A stretch of DNA of 64,000 nt from a virus (taxonomy: Duplodnaviria > Caudoviricetes), in IMG/VR virus record IMGVR_UViG_3300004255_000002, positions 1-64,000 of that record; one strand, written 5' to 3'. The notes under the pieces were generated by a model that was not told the origin of the DNA, ran no database searches, and worked only from the letters and a program-made list of their open reading frames with translations. Made by a program: the position numbers and the translations under genes. The number at the start of each line of letters is the position of its first letter. Position 1 is the first letter of the stretch. Shown here piece after piece: positions 34,306-45,611 of the stretch.

Positions 34306-37300
34306 GTGGCAGTGTCAGCAGAATTACAGATACTAATTACGGCAGTTAATAATGCCAAAGCCCAAATCACCAGTCTGGTTAAAGACCTATCTGGTGTGTC
34401 TGCGGGTGTCGATAAGATTAACGGTAAGGACATTGGTACCAAACAGAATACCCAGCTAAAGGAGCTCGGCGCTAATGCTAAGAGCGCGACTGATAGCATG
34501 GGTATGTTTGCACTTAAAGCCGCCGCCGCGGTGGTCGCTATTCGTGGTCTTATTGCCATCCCAGAGACGTACAAGCAGATTGACGCTAGACTACGTATCG
34601 CCGCTGACAGTCAAGCGGACTACAATCGCTCTCAAGAAGAAACTACCCGTATTGCATTGGCCTCACGCTCATCACTAGAGGGTGTAGCAGGTCTTTACAC
34701 CAAGCTTAGGGTCAATGCACGGTTAGCCTCAGACGACGCGGCACGCCTCACAGAAATCATTGGCAAGGCTACTCAGCTAGACGGTGGCGGTGCAGGTGCA
34801 GATGCGGCTATCTTCCAGTTACAACAAGGCTTGTCCTCAGGCACATTACGTGGTGAGGAATTAAACTCTGTCTTAGAACAAACACCATCACTAGCTAAAG
34901 CGTTAGCAGACGGCTTAGGTGTGTCTGTGGGCGGTTTACGTCAGATTGCGCAAGACGGTAAGCTTACGGCTGAGGTGGTGCGAGACTCCCTATTCAAGAT
35001 GCAGGGCGACGTAGAGAGCAAGTTCAACCAACTACCAGTAACGACAGGTCAGGCGTTTGAGAACATCAAGACCAAGGCCATCCTAGCTATTGGTAGTATC
35101 GACCAGCAACTAGGTATCACCTCTACTATTGCTAAAGGTATCCAAGCAGTTGCGGATAACTTAGAGCCTATCATTAAGGCTGGTGCAATCGTAGGCGCAA
35201 TTTTTGTTGGGTTAAAGGTACAGGCACTCATCGCGTCCTCAGGTATGCTCACGCTCGCAGGGGCTACAGGTGCCTTAGGTGTGGTCATGGCGGCAGTGTT
35301 CTCACCTGTTACTCTGGTTATAGGCGCATTCGCGGGTCTGATTAAGTTCTTCACAGACGGGATAAACGCATCCAATGCACTCACAGAGACGGTGGCAGAA
35401 GAGGTTACTGTGTGGGAGGTGTTTGGTGCGGTCTTGGGTATCGTGGGTGATTCTATCTCTAACGTGATAGGCTTCATAGGGGACCTTACAGGGCTCATGC
35501 CTGTGGGTGGAAAAGCTATAGATGAGTTTGGTAAGCAAAACGAAAAGACTTGGACAGAATCAGGCGGGTTCGCTCGTAACTTCTTTAACGGTATCGTCGG
35601 GTTCCTGCCTATGCTGGGTCGTGCATTAGCGGCTACAGCGGTTCTAATCAAAGAGGGCATATCACAACTATTCTCAAGCATCGCGGATGAGGCTAGGGCA
35701 TTAGGCAAAGACCTACAGAACGTACTCAAGGGCGACCTCACATTCAGCAACCTAATTAAGTCAGGCGCTGATAGCAAGAAGGCGTTCTCTAACCTAGGTA
35801 AGCAGTACGCCGAGAACATGAAGGATGCACTAGATGCAGGCCTAGGCACGGACTATGCGGCTGATATATTCAAGTCAATCAATAGTCGTATCAATGAGGA
35901 ACGTAAAAAGAAACCAATCGTAGCGGATAAGCCTGCCTCACTATTACCTGAGCAGACTAAAAAGGGCTCAGCGGCTAGTGCATTTGGTTTAGGTCAAGAT
36001 GAAATCAATGCGCTTAAGACCGTGCTTGATGGCATCACCAACGACATTAAATCTAGCCTAGCCCAAGCGTCTAAAATCTACGATGAGTCCTATAAAGACA
36101 ACCTCATTAGTATCAATGAGTTCTACATCGCACGTCAGGGCATTATCGACAAGCAAGCCGATACTGAGATAGAGGCAGAGCGTACATTGCTGTCTGCACT
36201 CCAAGCAGAGCGTGCTAAGGTCGCTAACACGGCTGTGGGTGATAAAGAGCAAGAGAAGAAACGTGCCAAGCTCGCGGACATAGATAACGAGATATTCAAA
36301 ATAGGGCAGAAAGTCCTACAGATAGACAAAGAGCGTGGTTTCGCTACCTCAGATATTGCCCGTAATCGGGAACGAGATAGCAAAGCGTTACGTGAACAAC
36401 TTGCAGACATAAGATTAGCCAATGATTTGGTTGCAGGGGTAGCTACCTCTGAACAACGTGCCGATGCAATCCGTTTACGTAACGCCGAGCTATTACGCAA
36501 GGCTCAGGAAAACGAGTCAGAGAACAAAGGCGCAACTGCGGCAGTAGAGCGCAAGATAGAGATTGAGATTAATCAGGAGACTCTTGACCGCACTGAGACT
36601 GAGTTTAATGCAGTCATGGCTCGCTTGCGTGCTAGTCAAGAAACAGTCGATATCCAACGCAAGAACGGTATCCTAACCGAGACTCAAGCGCGTGAGCAAT
36701 TAGTCATCCTAAACCGCCAAGCGGCAGATGACTTGGATGTACTCATTCCTAAATTGGAAGAAGCGGCTAAGGCATTAGGCCCTGAGGCTCAAGCAAGGGT
36801 AGCAGAGTGGCGTAATCAAATAGCGCAGACTCGCTTAGTGGTGGACGAAACCGCTGTGCGTATCAACGGCGCATTCAAGGATGGAGCAAGCACTCTATTC
36901 AAAGACCTAATCACTGGCGCTAAGAATGCTAAAGAGGCTGTGTTGGACTTCGCTAATACCTTCCTTAAGGCGGTAGCAGATGTAGCGTCCCAGAAGCTTA
37001 CAGATAGCATCTTTGGTGGTGTGGCAGGAGGCGGGGGTGGTATCGGTGGTATATTATCTGGCCTATTCGGGGATAAACCGAAAGAGAAGGGCTCTAATCC
37101 AGCCGACCCATTGTACGTGCAGGACGCAAGCAAGGCGACAGAGAAACTAGGCGACGTAGTTAATCCAACTGAGGGCGTGCTTGATACCTTCTTTACTAAA
37201 GTGAAGACAGGCTTCAATAGCTTAGTAGACATTGGCTCTAATGTATTCAAGCAAATCGGTGGGTTCATTAGTAATCTATTCTCTAGCACAGGGGGTAGCG

Positions 37301-37755
37301 GTGGCGGCGGGATGGGTAGTCTGTTCGGCTCTATAGCGGGTATCTTCGGCTTTGCTGAGGGTGGTTACGTGTCAGGGGCTGGTACAGGTACATCTGATTC
37401 CATCGTAGCCAAGCTATCAAACGGTGAGCATGTTACTAGGGCTAGTCAGACAGCTAAGTGGTTGCCATTGTTGAATGCAATTAATTCAGGCGCGATAGAT
37501 AGTATGTCTGGGTTATTTGGTATGAGCATACCGACACGACCTTACTTCGCTGGCGGTGGTTTAGTAGATACGGCGGCTCAGGCTGGTGGTCAAGGTACGC
37601 AAGCTAGTCAGTCTAACCAAGCACAGACAACCAGAATCGTAAACGTGATTGACCCTGCTATGGCTGGAGAGTACTTGCAATCAGCCGCTGGTGAGAAAGT
37701 CCTAATGAATTTTATTACGAGGAATAAATCTGGGGTAAAATCGGCTATCAGCTAA
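34306..37755 (+). CDS. tape measure protein
   Basis: QLQQGLSSGTLRGEELNSVLEQ tape-measure domain; GFAEGGYV.G.GTGTSDSI.A.LSNGE. Confidence 0.92.
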   Translation: MAVSAELQILITAVNNAKAQITSLVKDLSGVSAGVDKINGKDIGTKQNTQLKELGANAKSATDSMGMFALKAAAAVVAIRGLIAIPETYKQIDARLRIAADSQADYNRSQEETTRIALASRSSLEGVAGLYTKLRVNARLASDDAARLTEIIGKATQLDGGGAGADAAIFQLQQGLSSGTLRGEELNSVLEQTPSLAKALADGLGVSVGGLRQIAQDGKLTAEVVRDSLFKMQGDVESKFNQLPVTTGQAFENIKTKAILAIGSIDQQLGITSTIAKGIQAVADNLEPIIKAGAIVGAIFVGLKVQALIASSGMLTLAGATGALGVVMAAVFSPVTLVIGAFAGLIKFFTDGINASNALTETVAEEVTVWEVFGAVLGIVGDSISNVIGFIGDLTGLMPVGGKAIDEFGKQNEKTWTESGGFARNFFNGIVGFLPMLGRALAATAVLIKEGISQLFSSIADEARALGKDLQNVLKGDLTFSNLIKSGADSKKAFSNLGKQYAENMKDALDAGLGTDYAADIFKSINSRINEERKKKPIVADKPASLLPEQTKKGSAASAFGLGQDEINALKTVLDGITNDIKSSLAQASKIYDESYKDNLISINEFYIARQGIIDKQADTEIEAERTLLSALQAERAKVANTAVGDKEQEKKRAKLADIDNEIFKIGQKVLQIDKERGFATSDIARNRERDSKALREQLADIRLANDLVAGVATSEQRADAIRLRNAELLRKAQENESENKGATAAVERKIEIEINQETLDRTETEFNAVMARLRASQETVDIQRKNGILTETQAREQLVILNRQAADDLDVLIPKLEEAAKALGPEAQARVAEWRNQIAQTRLVVDETAVRINGAFKDGASTLFKDLITGAKNAKEAVLDFANTFLKAVADVASQKLTDSIFGGVAGGGGGIGGILSGLFGDKPKEKGSNPADPLYVQDASKATEKLGDVVNPTEGVLDTFFTKVKTGFNSLVDIGSNVFKQIGGFISNLFSSTGGSGGGGMGSLFGSIAGIFGFAEGGYVSGAGTGTSDSIVAKLSNGEHVTRASQTAKWLPLLNAINSGAIDSMSGLFGMSIPTRPYFAGGGLVDTAAQAGGQGTQASQSNQAQTTRIVNVIDPAMAGEYLQSAAGEKVLMNFITRNKSGVKSAIS

Positions 37756-37757
37756 TT

Positions 37758-37771
37758 TGCAGTTAATTGCA
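37758..37771. repeat. TGCA-box copy (TGCAGTTAATTGCA), 2 bp after tape measure stop
   Basis: read directly. Confidence 0.85.
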
Positions 37772-37790
37772 CAAACAATAAGGAATCAAG

Positions 37791-39017
37791 ATGGCATACG
37801 AAATTGATACTGCTTCCAACCACGTAGACCTGTTAGCTAGATTGCGCAGGTTTATTACTGGTCGGGCAATCCTCACTACTCCAGTTAAGACAGGCACAGG
37901 TAATGGTGTGATGTCGGCAGTAGATAGCTACCCAGTGGCAGTGACCGAAACATGGACAATTACTTGTACAGTAGCGGCGGCGAATGGGGGCACGTTCTCG
38001 GTGGTGGGCTCTGTGTCTGGTGCTCAGACCTCAGCAACCGTGGGGACGGCTTACGACAACGGTATAGTTAAGTTCTTGATTAGTGATGGGTCAGCAGACT
38101 TTATCGTGGGCGATAACTTTGTCTTTAGTGCCACTCGTGGGGCAATGTCCGTAGAGGGCACCCCATGGGAGTTACTGCGTTCAGACAGCACAACTCTTAT
38201 GGTTAAAGGCAAAGGCTTAGCAGGTACTGAGGAGATATACGTTAACTTCAAGATATTTGAAAACATCCCCTCAGACATCTATAACTTTGTGTGTCAGGGT
38301 GCGGCAGGGTACGTGGGAGCAAGTGCGGTAGACAATCAACCGGGGCAGTCACCTAAAGTGGGTTTGACCTTATGGAATGCACCAATGAAGTACTGGTTCA
38401 TTGTTAATGGTCGCAGGGTTATTATTGTGGCTAAAGTTTCTACCTACTACATTGCTGGATACTTCGGTTTAATACTTCCGTATGGTACGCCACAGCAGTA
38501 CCCGTACCCATTGTTTATTGGCGCAAATATGCCTAATAACAGTGATGCCACTAATAGTAATTACAACACTAGCAACTATTCTCTGAACTCAGGAGTGAAC
38601 TCTAATTATTGGAGCCCAAGATGCGCTAGCAACAATCACCCCTCTGAGTACAACGCACAGACCGATGTAACTCAGTCAATGCTGTATTGGGTAGACGGCT
38701 CATGGCAGGACTTTACGCAATTCTCCTCTAGTTTGAACTACCACACGTCCGTTCCTACGAATGTGAATGTAGTCCTCCCTATTAACAACAATTGGATAAG
38801 AGACAACGTAGACGGCACCTATGAGTTAACACCACATCAACTAGCCATAGTAACGCCAGCTAATGCGCTAGCGGGAGAGTTGGACGGTAGTTTCTTTGTG
38901 TCTGGCTTTAGTAATGGCTCAGAGAACATAATCAACGTAGGGGCAGATTCCTATGTAGTGGTTCAAAATGTATTTAGAAACGGCGTAGCAGATTTCGCCG
39001 CTATAAAATTAGCTTAA
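37791..39017 (+). CDS. tail/virion structural protein
   Basis: position; W...MKYW..VNGRR...V.KV...Y..GY.G...PY..P.QYPYP pattern of D3112/B3-like tail modules. Confidence 0.75.
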   Translation: MAYEIDTASNHVDLLARLRRFITGRAILTTPVKTGTGNGVMSAVDSYPVAVTETWTITCTVAAANGGTFSVVGSVSGAQTSATVGTAYDNGIVKFLISDGSADFIVGDNFVFSATRGAMSVEGTPWELLRSDSTTLMVKGKGLAGTEEIYVNFKIFENIPSDIYNFVCQGAAGYVGASAVDNQPGQSPKVGLTLWNAPMKYWFIVNGRRVIIVAKVSTYYIAGYFGLILPYGTPQQYPYPLFIGANMPNNSDATNSNYNTSNYSLNSGVNSNYWSPRCASNNHPSEYNAQTDVTQSMLYWVDGSWQDFTQFSSSLNYHTSVPTNVNVVLPINNNWIRDNVDGTYELTPHQLAIVTPANALAGELDGSFFVSGFSNGSENIINVGADSYVVVQNVFRNGVADFAAIKLA

Positions 39018-39026
39018 GGAAAGATA

Positions 39027-40022
39027 ATGGCTTACGAATATGGTATAGCAACAAGCGCGGCAGACCTCCTAGACAAGATTAGGGTGGTGGCACTGGCTCG
39101 AGGGTGGACAGTAGATAACGACAGTAACCCATCAGCTACATCACGTAGGTTATCATTGCATGTAGGTGACGCATACTTCCACCTAGTCTCTGAGACCGCT
39201 AACGCTAGTAATTCCCCCTCTCAATTAGGGCCATGGATATACGGCATGATGTCCACAGGGTATAGCGGCGCGGCAGACTACTTAAACCAACCCGGTACTG
39301 CTAACATAGCTGGGGACAGTAACGCCTATCGTAGATGTATGTGCAATAACTTGGTTGGCCCATTCACGTCTTACAGGATATTCTCAGGGGCTAACTATAT
39401 CCATACAGTGATTGAGACTAGCCCTAACGTGTTTTCCCATATCGCCATAGGCGTACTGAATAAGTATGGTACCTACACAGGCGGTGGCTATATGTCCACG
39501 ACTAGCTGGTACACCTCCTCATCATCAAATAGTTACCCAGACCGAATTGAACACTGCTACCTATTTGATATGAACACAGGGCTAATAAACTCTGGGTATA
39601 GATGGAACTCCATACTATTTAGGGGAGATATTGACGGTAAAACATGGTTTTACAATATGAACACTGCTGACCCTAGAGTGCTAGGGTTCATGAGGACTGA
39701 GAATACCTATTCAGGGCTTAATAATGCAGTAGGGCCAATGGCAGTACATATGGCTAGAACACCTAATGCCTTTAACTTGGTGTCGCCGTTGCTACCCGCG
39801 GTTCTGCATGTGGCTAGGGGCTCTGGCCTATATTCTCCTTTAGGTGAAATACCAGACCTAAGAGCAGTGAACATGACCTACTTAAACGCAGGGGATGAGC
39901 TAACGATAGGGGCAGATACATGGATTATTCTCCCAGCTAAATCTGCATCTTTCCCTATTAATACCGCAGGAGCGGCAGTTTCTTCTGGCACCTATGGGTA
40001 CGCCTATAAGAAAGTAATGTAA
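39027..40022 (+). CDS. tail/virion structural protein
   Basis: MAYE.G.A.S..DLL..I; ends GYAYKK, paralog-like to upstream gene. Confidence 0.7.
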   Translation: MAYEYGIATSAADLLDKIRVVALARGWTVDNDSNPSATSRRLSLHVGDAYFHLVSETANASNSPSQLGPWIYGMMSTGYSGAADYLNQPGTANIAGDSNAYRRCMCNNLVGPFTSYRIFSGANYIHTVIETSPNVFSHIAIGVLNKYGTYTGGGYMSTTSWYTSSSSNSYPDRIEHCYLFDMNTGLINSGYRWNSILFRGDIDGKTWFYNMNTADPRVLGFMRTENTYSGLNNAVGPMAVHMARTPNAFNLVSPLLPAVLHVARGSGLYSPLGEIPDLRAVNMTYLNAGDELTIGADTWIILPAKSASFPINTAGAAVSSGTYGYAYKKVM

Positions 40023-41722
40023 TGGCTACGTTAACTGGCATCTACAAACCCGCAGTCGTATTCAAGAACCCTACGGGGTACAGTACTCCTATTCTTGAAT
40101 CTAAATCTCGCATGCCTAATGCTAGAGCACTGTGGGCACCTACTGCTAATAAAGTAGGTACTGACAATAACGGGGCCCAACCAGTTCAGACCCCATCTCG
40201 TGCCGTGGGCGGCGGTAGAGCTACGTCCTACTTGAATGACTACTACTATAGAACGCACATAGTCCCAGCTAAGATTGACGTAGGTAATATTCTATCCACC
40301 CAGCTAAAAACAGTTGAGGTGTGGAATGCTCACTTCGTGCCTAATCAGTTAACTAGTATCACTGAACAGGCGACAGATGGCATAACCTTATCCAACGTGG
40401 CAAGTCCTCCCCTAACATACCAAGGCTTACAGTCAAGGGTGTACACGGTGAGTATATCTACTAACGGCCCAGCGACTATCAATGCCAAGTTCAGCTATGA
40501 CTTTACACTAGACAGCTACAACCCCTTGTTGAACATCGTAGGCTTGCGTGTACTCGCTTGGTGGCCTAGACCTAACTGGGATACACCGTTACTAGAACGC
40601 TGGGAGTGGTTGACTAATGTAATGACCTCTACCAATCGTAAAGAGCAACGAGTAAAACTACGTGGTATGCCTCGTAGAAGTCTTGAGTACGCTACCGTCA
40701 TTAAGAGCAACAGTGACCGCCAAAAGATGGAGAACCTCTTGTTCTCATGGCAGTCTCGTACCTTTGGTTTACCTATGTGGTTTGACCAAGAGTTCTTACA
40801 GGCTGACTTAGCCGCTGGGCAAATCAATATCCCTTGCACCACAGCTACCCGTGATTACCACATTGGTGGGTTGGTGGCCTTACTCAACAATGAAAGCGAT
40901 TTTGAGATTGGGACTATCACTAATGTGGGTGCAAACAGTGTGACCGTGAATACCCCGATAGCCAAAACATGGCCTACTGGTAGTAAGGTGGTGCCTATGC
41001 GCACAGCTAGACTAACTGCTAACCAGAAGTTTGTACGGGTAACGGATTCATTGCTAAGTCTAACTGTTCAGTTCTCTATGTTAGAAGGGGATGACACCGT
41101 ACCCGTAACAGAGGCAACCACCTACAGAACCTACCCAGTGCTAGAGGTGAGACCAAATTGGCGGGAAGAGATTAACAGTGAGTATCAACGTGATATCAAC
41201 CTGTTAGACTTTGCAACAGGTGCAGTACTGGCAGATGACACTAGTGGCACGCCAGTTGCGATACATCAGTATCATTGGCAAGCAGGCACCCGTGCCCAGA
41301 TTAGTACGCTTAAGAAGTTCCTATTCGCTAGGTACGGTAAGTGGAAGCCTATTTGGGTGCCTACCTTTATCAAAGACCTTGTACTAACTGATTTGGCGGC
41401 ATCTTCTAGCTCTGTTATGTATGTAGAGGGTACTGAGTACACCAGAAACATTGCTTTGGCAGTACAGCGTCGAGACATTCGTATTCAACTCACTAACGGC
41501 ACCCTTATCTACCGTAGAATTTTATCTTCCACAGAAGAGGGTGCAAAAGAGCGGATAGTAGTGGATTCAGCCTTCGGCACTGAGATTCGACCAGATAACG
41601 TGGCGGAGATTAACTTCATGACCTTATCAAGGCTAGAGGCAGATTCCATTGAGGTTAAGTGGGAGACCGATAGTATAATGGAGATATCAACAGCGTTTAG
41701 AAGCCTAAGGGATGATGCGTAA
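40022..41722 (+). CDS. tail protein
   Basis: PNW...L.E..EWLT.V......EQR..LR..PRRS pattern. Confidence 0.75.
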   Translation: MATLTGIYKPAVVFKNPTGYSTPILESKSRMPNARALWAPTANKVGTDNNGAQPVQTPSRAVGGGRATSYLNDYYYRTHIVPAKIDVGNILSTQLKTVEVWNAHFVPNQLTSITEQATDGITLSNVASPPLTYQGLQSRVYTVSISTNGPATINAKFSYDFTLDSYNPLLNIVGLRVLAWWPRPNWDTPLLERWEWLTNVMTSTNRKEQRVKLRGMPRRSLEYATVIKSNSDRQKMENLLFSWQSRTFGLPMWFDQEFLQADLAAGQINIPCTTATRDYHIGGLVALLNNESDFEIGTITNVGANSVTVNTPIAKTWPTGSKVVPMRTARLTANQKFVRVTDSLLSLTVQFSMLEGDDTVPVTEATTYRTYPVLEVRPNWREEINSEYQRDINLLDFATGAVLADDTSGTPVAIHQYHWQAGTRAQISTLKKFLFARYGKWKPIWVPTFIKDLVLTDLAASSSSVMYVEGTEYTRNIALAVQRRDIRIQLTNGTLIYRRILSSTEEGAKERIVVDSAFGTEIRPDNVAEINFMTLSRLEADSIEVKWETDSIMEISTAFRSLRDDA

Positions 41723-42537
41723 TGACCTACTTATCTAAAGAACAGAGTACCCACGACAGTGAGCCATTAGAGCTGTACGAGTTCACCCGTGGGGCTATTC
41801 GGTATGCATACACATCTAGTGACTCGGACATCACGTTTAATTCAAGCGTGTATGATTCTGTGCCTATGGATAGAACCAACCTAGAATCGTCTGGTGAGCT
41901 AGGCAGGGCTGGGCTTAAAATCCGTATGCCTCGTGATACAGCATTCTTACTGGACTACATCATCTCACCTCCATCAGAGGTGACGACACTCACTATATAC
42001 AGAAAGCACCGTGGCGAGATAGATGCGAACGCGGTAGTGATATGGATGGGTAGATTGCTCTCATTAAAGTGGGAGGAGTCTATTGTTGAATTGAGTTGTG
42101 AGCCTATCTACACTAGCATTGTGCGCTTAGGGTTACGTAGGCAGTTTTCACGTACATGCGGTCATGTACTGTATGGGCCTAAATGCGGGGTGAATGCTAC
42201 GGCATACAAACTATCAGGCTCAGTGATTGGTATTGCGGCGAACGTAGTGTCAGTTTCTACAGGCAGTACCAACGGTGATAACTACTTCTCTGGTGGTTAC
42301 TTGCAGTGGGATTACCAAGGGCGCAAAGAAAAGAAAATGATACTCAGACAGGTAGGTAGTGCTCTTACTCTGTCTGGGATTCCCACAGGACTGTTAGGTG
42401 GTGATACTGTAGAGATGTTCCCCGGTTGCGACCACGCATTAACGACTTGCAACGGTAAGTTTAATAACAAGCTGAACTATGGTGGACAACCATGGATTCC
42501 TTCAAAAAACCCTTTCGGCTCTATAGCCTTGTGGTAG
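41722..42537 (+). CDS. baseplate hub/tail protein (DUF2163/BR0599-like)
   Basis: P.ELYEF, C.H.LY...C, PGCD.....C..KFNN..NYGG.P.IP. Confidence 0.85.
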   Translation: MTYLSKEQSTHDSEPLELYEFTRGAIRYAYTSSDSDITFNSSVYDSVPMDRTNLESSGELGRAGLKIRMPRDTAFLLDYIISPPSEVTTLTIYRKHRGEIDANAVVIWMGRLLSLKWEESIVELSCEPIYTSIVRLGLRRQFSRTCGHVLYGPKCGVNATAYKLSGSVIGIAANVVSVSTGSTNGDNYFSGGYLQWDYQGRKEKKMILRQVGSALTLSGIPTGLLGGDTVEMFPGCDHALTTCNGKFNNKLNYGGQPWIPSKNPFGSIALW

Positions 42538-42544
42538 GTGGATT

Positions 42545-42775
42545 ATGTGGTTTCAATTATTTGTATTAGTCGCATCTTACGTACTACAGGCCGCGTTAGC
42601 CCCAAAACCCCAAGCACCCAAGGCGGCGGCTTTAGCTGACTTTGATGTACCGACAGCGGAAGAAGGCCGACCTATCCCTGTAGTATTCGGTACGGTGGTT
42701 GTGACAGGTGCTAACTGCGTGTGGTATGGTGACCTTGGTAAGTCGGCTATCAAGTCTAAGAAAGGTAAGAAGTAA
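42545..42775 (+). CDS. small tail protein
   Basis: DFDVPTAEEGRPIPVVFGTV...N..WYGD. Confidence 0.8.
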   Translation: MWFQLFVLVASYVLQAALAPKPQAPKAAALADFDVPTAEEGRPIPVVFGTVVVTGANCVWYGDLGKSAIKSKKGKK

Positions 42776-42987
42776 TGGGCAAGTATGACAACCTTGTTGT
42801 TACCGTGGACGATATGAGAAGCATCCAGTATTGTTCTCGTGGGGCAAAAGAGTTTGCTAAGCGGTACAACTTGGATATGCGCTCATTCCTAGATAACGGG
42901 ATTCCAGCTAATGAACTGTTAGCACTGGACAATGCAATGGCGACAGCCGCAGTAGAGGCGGCGGCAAAAAGGGCAGGGATTGAATAA
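42775..42987 (+). CDS. small tail assembly protein
   Basis: C.RGA..F..RY.LD...FL..GI pattern. Confidence 0.75.
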   Translation: MGKYDNLVVTVDDMRSIQYCSRGAKEFAKRYNLDMRSFLDNGIPANELLALDNAMATAAVEAAAKRAGIE

Positions 42988-45197
42988 TGTCAAAAGGTAA
43001 AGCGGCAATAGTTGGGTGGAAGTATTCACTGGGCATGCATATGATTTTGTGCCATGGGCCAGCTAATGAGGTTCAAGCCATCTCCTTTGGTGGTCGCCAA
43101 GCGTGGTCAGGTGCTCGTGTGGGTTCTGGGGATATCTCAGTCAACAACCCTAGCTTGTTTGGTGGAGACCAGCGTGAGGGCGGTGTAGTCGGAACCGTTC
43201 ACGTAGCTATGGGTGATGCTAGCCAAGACCAGAATCCCTACCTAGTGTCACAGTTGGGTTCCAACGTGCCTGCCTACCGTGGATTGGTGAGCATGATATT
43301 CAACAAGTTCAATATCGGCTCTAACAACCCTTATGTGAAGTCACTGGCTATCCGCATCAAGAGGACTACGGCAGGGTGGCTAGGGGACGTTCCTTGGTAC
43401 ACAGCTAAGGTAGACATCAGCGGCGCTATGAACGCGGCTCACATTGTCTACCAGTGCTTAACTGACCCAGAGTGGGGCATGGGCTACCCATCTACCAGCG
43501 TGGACGATAATCAGTTTAAAGCCACTGCGGACACCTTATTCACTGAGGGCTTTGGTCTATGTTTGATGTGGAATCAGCAAGGTAAGATTGAGGACTTCAT
43601 TGGTGACGTGTGCAACCACATTGGGGCAGTGTTAAGAACCGACCCACTCACAGGTAAGTTCCAGCTTAAGCTTATTCGTGAGGACTACACGGCAGGTAGT
43701 TTATTCCTGTTTGATGAAAGCAACTCTAAAATAGAAGAGTATCAACGCCCTAACTGGGGTGAGACCACTAACGAGATTGTTGTGGGCTACACCGATATGG
43801 CCTCAGGGCTCAAGAGGGTAACCGCTGTACAGGACTTGGCAAACATCGCAGTGCAAGGTTCCGTGGTGTCTGCTTCTCGTGAATACCCCGGTATTGTTTC
43901 AGATGCAATCGCTGGCAGAATCGCTATGCGTGATTTACGTGCGGCATCTACCCCATTAGCGAAAGTGCAGTTAATTGCAAATCGTAAAGGACTGAACTTA
44001 AACATTGGGGACGTAGCGAAATTCAGCAATGCGAACTATGGCATCGTGGGTATGCCCCTTCGTATATTGGGTATATCCTACGGCACCCTCTTAGATGGGA
44101 CTATCAAGATTGACGCGGTAGAAGACATCTATGGTATGCCTACGACATCCTATGTAACCCCTCAAGGCGTGAGTTGGGTGGACCCAGCAATTCAGCCAAC
44201 CCCAGTGGTGCTTAGCAAGTTGATAGAGGTGCCTTACTGGGAGGTGCTACGTTCGTCTACCACCGCTGATTTTAATACCCTAGACAACCTCTCAGCATTC
44301 GTGTCAGCGGTTGCTGATAAGCCTGCATCGGGGATGTTCAGCTTCAATCTAAGTATCAATGATGGGTCAGGTAACTATCTACTGGATGATGGTAGCACCT
44401 TCACCCCAACCTGCTTGTTATCGGCAGGTATCGGGTATGCAGATGTAACACTGACCTACACCAGTGAAGTAGACCTATCCTCAGTCGTCATGAACACATA
44501 TGGCTACATAGACAATGAGTGTGTAGTGGTCACAGCCATTAATACGATTACCAAGGTCATCACTATCAAGCGTGGCATGATGGACACCGTACCAGAGATT
44601 CACAACTCTGGTGCTAGATTATGGTTCTCAGAAGAGTTCACAGCATTCTCACAGGTAGAGCGGTTGAGTGGGGATGCAGTCAACGTGAAGTTGCTTACCG
44701 TATCTGCGTTAGGTGTATTGCCAGCGGTATCAGCCACTAACATAGGTATTACTATGGCTGGGAGATTCGGGTCACCTTACCCACCAGCTAGGGTGAGGAT
44801 TAATGGCTTAGAGTACCCAGACATTATTTCTGATACCTTGGTGCTTACATGGGCACACAGAGATAGAACCACTCAAACAGGCCCAACATTAGTAGACCAG
44901 TACGCTGGTAACATCGGACCTGAGCCGAGCACCACCTACACTGTGAACTACTACCGAGTGACCAATGGGGCGTTGTTAGCCTCAGCTTCTGGGCTGACAG
45001 GTACTACACACACCCCAACACTACCAGCAGGGTCATACTTTATTCGTATTGAGTTGCGTAGCTGGCGTGCTGGCTACATGAGCTGGCAGAAGCATTCAAT
45101 CGTTGCGTTGTTTGTGAATACAGCCCAAACTAGGATTTTAGAGAACTTAAATAGACGGGTTCTTGAAGACGGTGTATCAGTTCGAGTAACTCAATAG
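42987..45197 (+). CDS. tail tip / central tail protein
   Basis: GWKYSLG.H...C.GP, N.AHI.Y..LT...WG.G, W.HRDR. Confidence 0.85.
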   Translation: MSKGKAAIVGWKYSLGMHMILCHGPANEVQAISFGGRQAWSGARVGSGDISVNNPSLFGGDQREGGVVGTVHVAMGDASQDQNPYLVSQLGSNVPAYRGLVSMIFNKFNIGSNNPYVKSLAIRIKRTTAGWLGDVPWYTAKVDISGAMNAAHIVYQCLTDPEWGMGYPSTSVDDNQFKATADTLFTEGFGLCLMWNQQGKIEDFIGDVCNHIGAVLRTDPLTGKFQLKLIREDYTAGSLFLFDESNSKIEEYQRPNWGETTNEIVVGYTDMASGLKRVTAVQDLANIAVQGSVVSASREYPGIVSDAIAGRIAMRDLRAASTPLAKVQLIANRKGLNLNIGDVAKFSNANYGIVGMPLRILGISYGTLLDGTIKIDAVEDIYGMPTTSYVTPQGVSWVDPAIQPTPVVLSKLIEVPYWEVLRSSTTADFNTLDNLSAFVSAVADKPASGMFSFNLSINDGSGNYLLDDGSTFTPTCLLSAGIGYADVTLTYTSEVDLSSVVMNTYGYIDNECVVVTAINTITKVITIKRGMMDTVPEIHNSGARLWFSEEFTAFSQVERLSGDAVNVKLLTVSALGVLPAVSATNIGITMAGRFGSPYPPARVRINGLEYPDIISDTLVLTWAHRDRTTQTGPTLVDQYAGNIGPEPSTTYTVNYYRVTNGALLASASGLTGTTHTPTLPAGSYFIRIELRSWRAGYMSWQKHSIVALFVNTAQTRILENLNRRVLEDGVSVRVTQ
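43966..43979. repeat. TGCA-box copy (TGCAGTTAATTGCA), inside tail tip gene
   Basis: read directly. Confidence 0.85.
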
Positions 45198-45206
45198 GAG
45201 TATTAA

Positions 45207-45554
45207 ATGGCAGACATAAAAATCAGTGACCTACCCGCGGCATCAGCCTTAACTGGTGTTGAGAAAGTAGAGGTCTTACAGTCCAGTGCAAATCGGGCAA
45301 TGACGGTAGACGACATCCTTGCGTATATCAACAGCAAGCAGTCCTACAGCGCCAACGTGGGTGATGGCTCAGCGGTGAACATTGTGCTCACCCATAATCT
45401 GAATACCAGAGATGTGCATGTAACCTTACGCAGTAATTCGACCCCATGGGCAGAGGTTACAGTGGTGAACGAGGCGACTAGTGTTAACACCGTTACCTTA
45501 CGCTTTGTGACAGCCCCAACAGCGGCACAGTACAGGGCAACAATCACTAAATAA
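45207..45554 (+). CDS. tail fibre-associated protein
   Basis: MADIKISDLPAA N-terminus; ..THNL.TRDV domain. Confidence 0.7.
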   Translation: MADIKISDLPAASALTGVEKVEVLQSSANRAMTVDDILAYINSKQSYSANVGDGSAVNIVLTHNLNTRDVHVTLRSNSTPWAEVTVVNEATSVNTVTLRFVTAPTAAQYRATITK

Positions 45555-45611
45555 CATTTAATAGGAAGCTGAGTATCCCTTATACTCAGACCAAATTAGA
45601 AGGAGATAAAC

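Noticed and set aside
37476-37489. TGCAATTAATTCAG
   Set aside because: The second half-site is broken; not counted.
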